Shown here in pieces: positions 60,713-64,000 of a stretch of 64,000 nucleotides of DNA. The notes beneath the pieces are model-generated. The model did no database searches, was not told the DNA's origin, and saw only the letters and a program-made list of their open reading frames with translations. Source of the DNA: Alphaproteobacteria bacterium (lineage in GTDB: Bacteria > Pseudomonadota > Alphaproteobacteria > SP197); NCBI GenBank assembly GCA_965228895.1, contig OZ245842.1:2752001-2816000 (forward strand). The letters are read 5' to 3'. Position 1 is the first letter of the stretch. Each line of letters opens with the position of its first letter. Made by a program: the position numbers and the translations under genes.

Positions 60713-62421
60713 TGGCGACCGTCTCGCGCGATGCTTACGCCGCGGCGTTCGGGCCGACCACCGGCGACCGCGTGCGCCTGGGCGACACCAGCCTTCTGGC
60801 GCGCGTCGAAAAGGACCACGCGGTCTATGGCGAAGAGCTTCTGACCGGGTTGGGCAAGACCCTGCGCGACGGCCTGGGCGTCGATGCCGGCGTCACCACC
60901 GCCGACGGCGCCCTCGACGTGGTCGTGCAGAACGCGCTGATCATCGATCCCGTGCTCGGTATCGTCAAAGCCGATATCGGCATCACCGACGGGCGCATTG
61001 TCGGCATCGGCAAGGCCGGCAACCCTGCCATCATGGCCGGTGTCGACAAGAACCTGATCGTCGGCCCGTCGACCAAACACTTCATGGCCGAAGGCATGAT
61101 CGTGACGCCCGGCGCGATCGACGTGCACGCCCACTACGCGCAACCCGAAGAAGTCTGGCATGCGCTCTCATCAGGCATGACGACCATGATCGGCGGCGGT
61201 TTCCCCGGCTGCTGGTCGGTCGACTCCGGCGGCCATTGGGCGAACTCGCGCATGCTGAAGGCGACCGAAGCCTTTCCCATGAACTTCGGCTTGTTCAGCC
61301 GTGGCAGCGCACACAAACCGGCGGGGATCGCCGAGCAGATCCGCTCCGGCGTCATCGGCGTCAAGATCCACGAAGACATCGGCGCCATGCCGGCGACCAT
61401 CGACTGCTGTCTGACCGTCGCCGACGATCTGGATTTCCAGGTGCAGCTGCACACCGACACCATGAACGAGGCCGGTTTTTTCGAGCGCACCATGGAGGCG
61501 ATCGCCGGGCGCACGATCCACATGTACCACACCGAAGGGGCCGGCGGCGGCCATGCGCCCGACATCATCCGCTGTAACGGCGAGATCAACTGCCTGCCGT
61601 CGTCGACCAATCCGACGAACCCCTTTACGTTGAACGCGCTCGACGAACATCTCGACATGATGATGCTGTGCCACAGCCTGTCGCCGGACGTGCCGGAAGA
61701 TGTCGCGTTTGCCGACAGCCGCCTCAGGCCCCAGTCGATGGCGGCCGAAGACGTGCTGCACGACGTGGGCGCGATCAGCATGTTCGGCTCCGATGCCGAA
61801 GGCATGGGCCGCACCATGGAGGTCGTGACGTCGCTGTGGAAACTGGCGTCGAAGATGCGCGACGAACGCGGGCCGTTGGCCGAGGAACCGTTCGACAACG
61901 CGGACAACGCGCGCATCCTGCGCTACCTCGCCAAGGTCACGATCAATCCGGCGATCACGTTCGGCATCGCCGATTACGTCGGCAGCCTGGAGCCCGGCAA
62001 GATGGCCGACTTCGTCATGTGGCGTCCGGCCTTCTTCGGCATCAAACCGTCACAGGTCGTCAAGGCGGGCATGCAGGTCTGGGGCATCAACGGCGACGCG
62101 GCGGCAGCCTTAAGCGGTCTGGAACCGACGCGGATGCGGCCGAGCTGGGGCGGCGTCGGGACCGCGCCCAACGCGCTGTCGGCCGCCTTCGTTCATCCGT
62201 CCGCGCTCGACGACGACATCGCCGGACGCTTCGACATCGCCAAACCGCTACTGCCGCTTTCCGGCACGCGCAAGCTATCGAAGGAGGACATGGCCCTGAA
62301 CGATGCGCTGCCCGACATCCGCGTCGACAGCCAGACCTTTGACGTGTTCGTCGATGGCGACCTCGCGACAACCGAACCGGCGCGCGAGGTGAAGCTCAAC
62401 CGGCTCTACATGCTGCGCTAG
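60712..62421 (+). CDS. ureC: Urease alpha-subunit homolog (divergent urease-like amidohydrolase)
   Basis: [52 protein letters not shown]. Confidence 0.88.
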   Translation: MATVSRDAYAAAFGPTTGDRVRLGDTSLLARVEKDHAVYGEELLTGLGKTLRDGLGVDAGVTTADGALDVVVQNALIIDPVLGIVKADIGITDGRIVGIGKAGNPAIMAGVDKNLIVGPSTKHFMAEGMIVTPGAIDVHAHYAQPEEVWHALSSGMTTMIGGGFPGCWSVDSGGHWANSRMLKATEAFPMNFGLFSRGSAHKPAGIAEQIRSGVIGVKIHEDIGAMPATIDCCLTVADDLDFQVQLHTDTMNEAGFFERTMEAIAGRTIHMYHTEGAGGGHAPDIIRCNGEINCLPSSTNPTNPFTLNALDEHLDMMMLCHSLSPDVPEDVAFADSRLRPQSMAAEDVLHDVGAISMFGSDAEGMGRTMEVVTSLWKLASKMRDERGPLAEEPFDNADNARILRYLAKVTINPAITFGIADYVGSLEPGKMADFVMWRPAFFGIKPSQVVKAGMQVWGINGDAAAALSGLEPTRMRPSWGGVGTAPNALSAAFVHPSALDDDIAGRFDIAKPLLPLSGTRKLSKEDMALNDALPDIRVDSQTFDVFVDGDLATTEPAREVKLNRLYMLR

Positions 62422-62906
62422 ATCAACAGACCGACCAGAATGGTCGCGGGGGTCAGAATGTCCCACCAGAAAATGGGGCCGGCATTGTTGATGGCGAAGT
62501 TCTGCTCGCGGAGCATGTCACGAATGTGGACGACGGCCGCGCCCCACAAGAAGGATGCCGCCATCAGGAAAACAACCCAGCCCGCGCCCTCTCCGATGAA
62601 GGCCGCGGCAATGGCGGCGAGGCCAATGCCCAGATTGGCGGCACCGACCTCCTGTTGAAACGGACTGGTCTGCCAACCGATTGATTTCGCCACCATCTCG
62701 GAGGCCAGCAGGTGCCCGGTTGCCGCCCACAGGCTGTTCAGGCCTAGCGAGACAAGCAGCATCCACTGGGCGAGCGGCGACAGGCTCGCGGCCGCGCCTG
62801 GCAATTCGACGCCGAACACACCCAACGCAAGCGCGATCACAAAAAGCGCGACCGGCAAGAACGCGACAACCTGACCCATGACGCCCCCATGAGAACTGGC
62901 CGTCAA
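62418..62906 (-). CDS. DUF6790-like membrane protein
   Basis: [38 protein letters not shown]. Confidence 0.7.
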   Translation of the reverse strand: MTASSHGGVMGQVVAFLPVALFVIALALGVFGVELPGAAASLSPLAQWMLLVSLGLNSLWAATGHLLASEMVAKSIGWQTSPFQQEVGAANLGIGLAAIAAAFIGEGAGWVVFLMAASFLWGAAVVHIRDMLREQNFAINNAGPIFWWDILTPATILVGLLI

Positions 62907-62924
62907 TGAGCCACAGGTACGGTC

Positions 62925-62975
62925 AAAAAGAAAGCCGCCCGTTCGACCGTACGCCGCGGTCGGGAAAACGGGCGG
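62925..62975 (-). terminator. Putative terminator after the GNAT
   Basis: GCCGCCCGTT...AACGGGCGGC stem with an adjacent A-run on the plus strand (T-run on the minus strand). Confidence 0.55.
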
Positions 62976-62989
62976 CCACCCTCTTTCAT

Positions 62990-63580
62990 TTAGATAGGCT
63001 TTGTCAGAAGAACCCAGTTTTCCGCATCGTTCTTCCAGCCGTCCTTGACCATCGGGCGTCTGGCGGTTTCCGCATAGCCGTTGGCTTCGTAGAGCCGCCG
63101 CGCACCCTTGTTGGCATCGGTCACGATGATGCTGAGGCCCTTTTTGCCTTCCCTAACGGCAATCTTGTCGGCAAGCGCGAGTAATGCGGAACCATGGCCC
63201 TTGCTCCGGTGCTCTGGATAGGTCGCGAGCACATTCACGTACCAGGTGCCGGGCGCCATGGCTTCGAGTTCCTGGCGCGGCACAACGACGGCAGGCATCG
63301 CGTCATAGTCGAGGGGTGCGGGCTCATCCGCCAACGGATAGCCGATCATGCTCGAGATGACGTCGCCACCGAACTCGACGACGATGGCGTTCTTGTAGGA
63401 AAAGCTACCCTCTTCCCGTCGCGTACGGCGCTGGCCGACATCCCACGGATTCTCACCGGGCTCGGCCATACCTTCCCATAGATGAACCGGCATCCCCTCG
63501 CCGGCATAGTTGATCAGTTGAGCAAGCAGAAAGGCGTCGTCAGGCTGCGCCCGGCGGTAGGGGCGATCGAGATCGATCAT
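62990..63580 (-). CDS. GNAT family N-acetyltransferase
   Basis: YVNVLATYPEHRSKGHGSALL, NKGARRLYEANGY. Confidence 0.88.
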   Translation of the reverse strand: MIDLDRPYRRAQPDDAFLLAQLINYAGEGMPVHLWEGMAEPGENPWDVGQRRTRREEGSFSYKNAIVVEFGGDVISSMIGYPLADEPAPLDYDAMPAVVVPRQELEAMAPGTWYVNVLATYPEHRSKGHGSALLALADKIAVREGKKGLSIIVTDANKGARRLYEANGYAETARRPMVKDGWKNDAENWVLLTKPI

Positions 63581-63731
63581 GCTGCTTCTTCATCCTGTTC
63601 CCTCACCTTGGCCAATCGCACACCGTCCCGGCGCAGCCGCGATCAAGGCTGGCAGGCCGGCGTTTTTGCCGGTTTACTGGTCCCCCCAAAGGACCAAACC
63701 GCGTGAGCCATATGATGTCGGGAGGACGCCA

Positions 63732-64000
63732 ATGCAATCCTACTTAAGAGATCAAATTGACTGGGTACAACCGTTCCCGCCCGAGGAGTACACCGCGCGC
63801 CGCGGCCGGGTGCGCCAGGCGCTCGCAGAGGCCGGGCTCGATGCGATCTATGTGACCAACCCGGCGGACCTTAACTGGCTCACCGGCTACGACATGATCT
63901 GGTTTCACCTGCAGAACCTGACCGGGCTTCTGGTGCGCGCCGACAGCGACGACACCGTCTTTTTCGACGGCGTCGGCCATACCACTATCGTCTCGACCAC
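63732..64000 (+). CDS. M24 family hydrolase (creatinase/ectoine hydrolase/Xaa-Pro peptidase-like), N-terminal part
   Basis: Not in the ORF track. GGAGG SD, then MQSYLRDQIDWVQPFPPEEYTARRGRVRQALAEAGLDAIYVTNPADLNWLTGYD, a creatinase-N-domain pattern; runs off the window. Confidence 0.75.
   Translation, partial: MQSYLRDQIDWVQPFPPEEYTARRGRVRQALAEAGLDAIYVTNPADLNWLTGYDMIWFHLQNLTGLLVRADSDDTVFFDGVGHTTIVST

Overview
GC-rich alphaproteobacterial chromosome segment (Rhodospirillales-like gene order, inferred). Most of 1-35 kb is the conserved housekeeping block pepA / lptFGD-surA-rsmA / gmk-yicC-mltG-fabF-acpP-fabG-fabD / rpsF-rpsR-DUF2232-rplI-cfa-dnaB-alr-mlaEF-radA-cvpA-purF / der-bamB-yfgM. It is followed by pyrC, guaAB, rlmE-ppx and tRNA-Gln(CTG). 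Accessory genes are interspersed: an SxtJ-like/carbamoyltransferase/SGNH cassette between pepA and lptF, a GNAT with a probable Arg-codon leader-peptide attenuator, Mpo1-like/GOLPH3-like/DMT genes, a large C45-type Ntn hydrolase, two orphan TAT-exported polyamine-type binding proteins and an autotransporter. Downstream of the tRNA is an amine/amide-catabolism-like region. Three observations stand out. (1) A urease paralog (fused gamma-beta plus alpha) keeps all metal ligands but has a remodelled substrate pocket and no accessory genes in the window. (2) An unannotated 33-codon (CGA)4 leader ORF with an anti-SD stem lies in front of a GNAT. (3) Up to four genes appear to need CTG start codons. 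No CRISPR array, integrase, transposase, prophage or rRNA was recognised. All calls come from motif recognition by eye; no searches were run.
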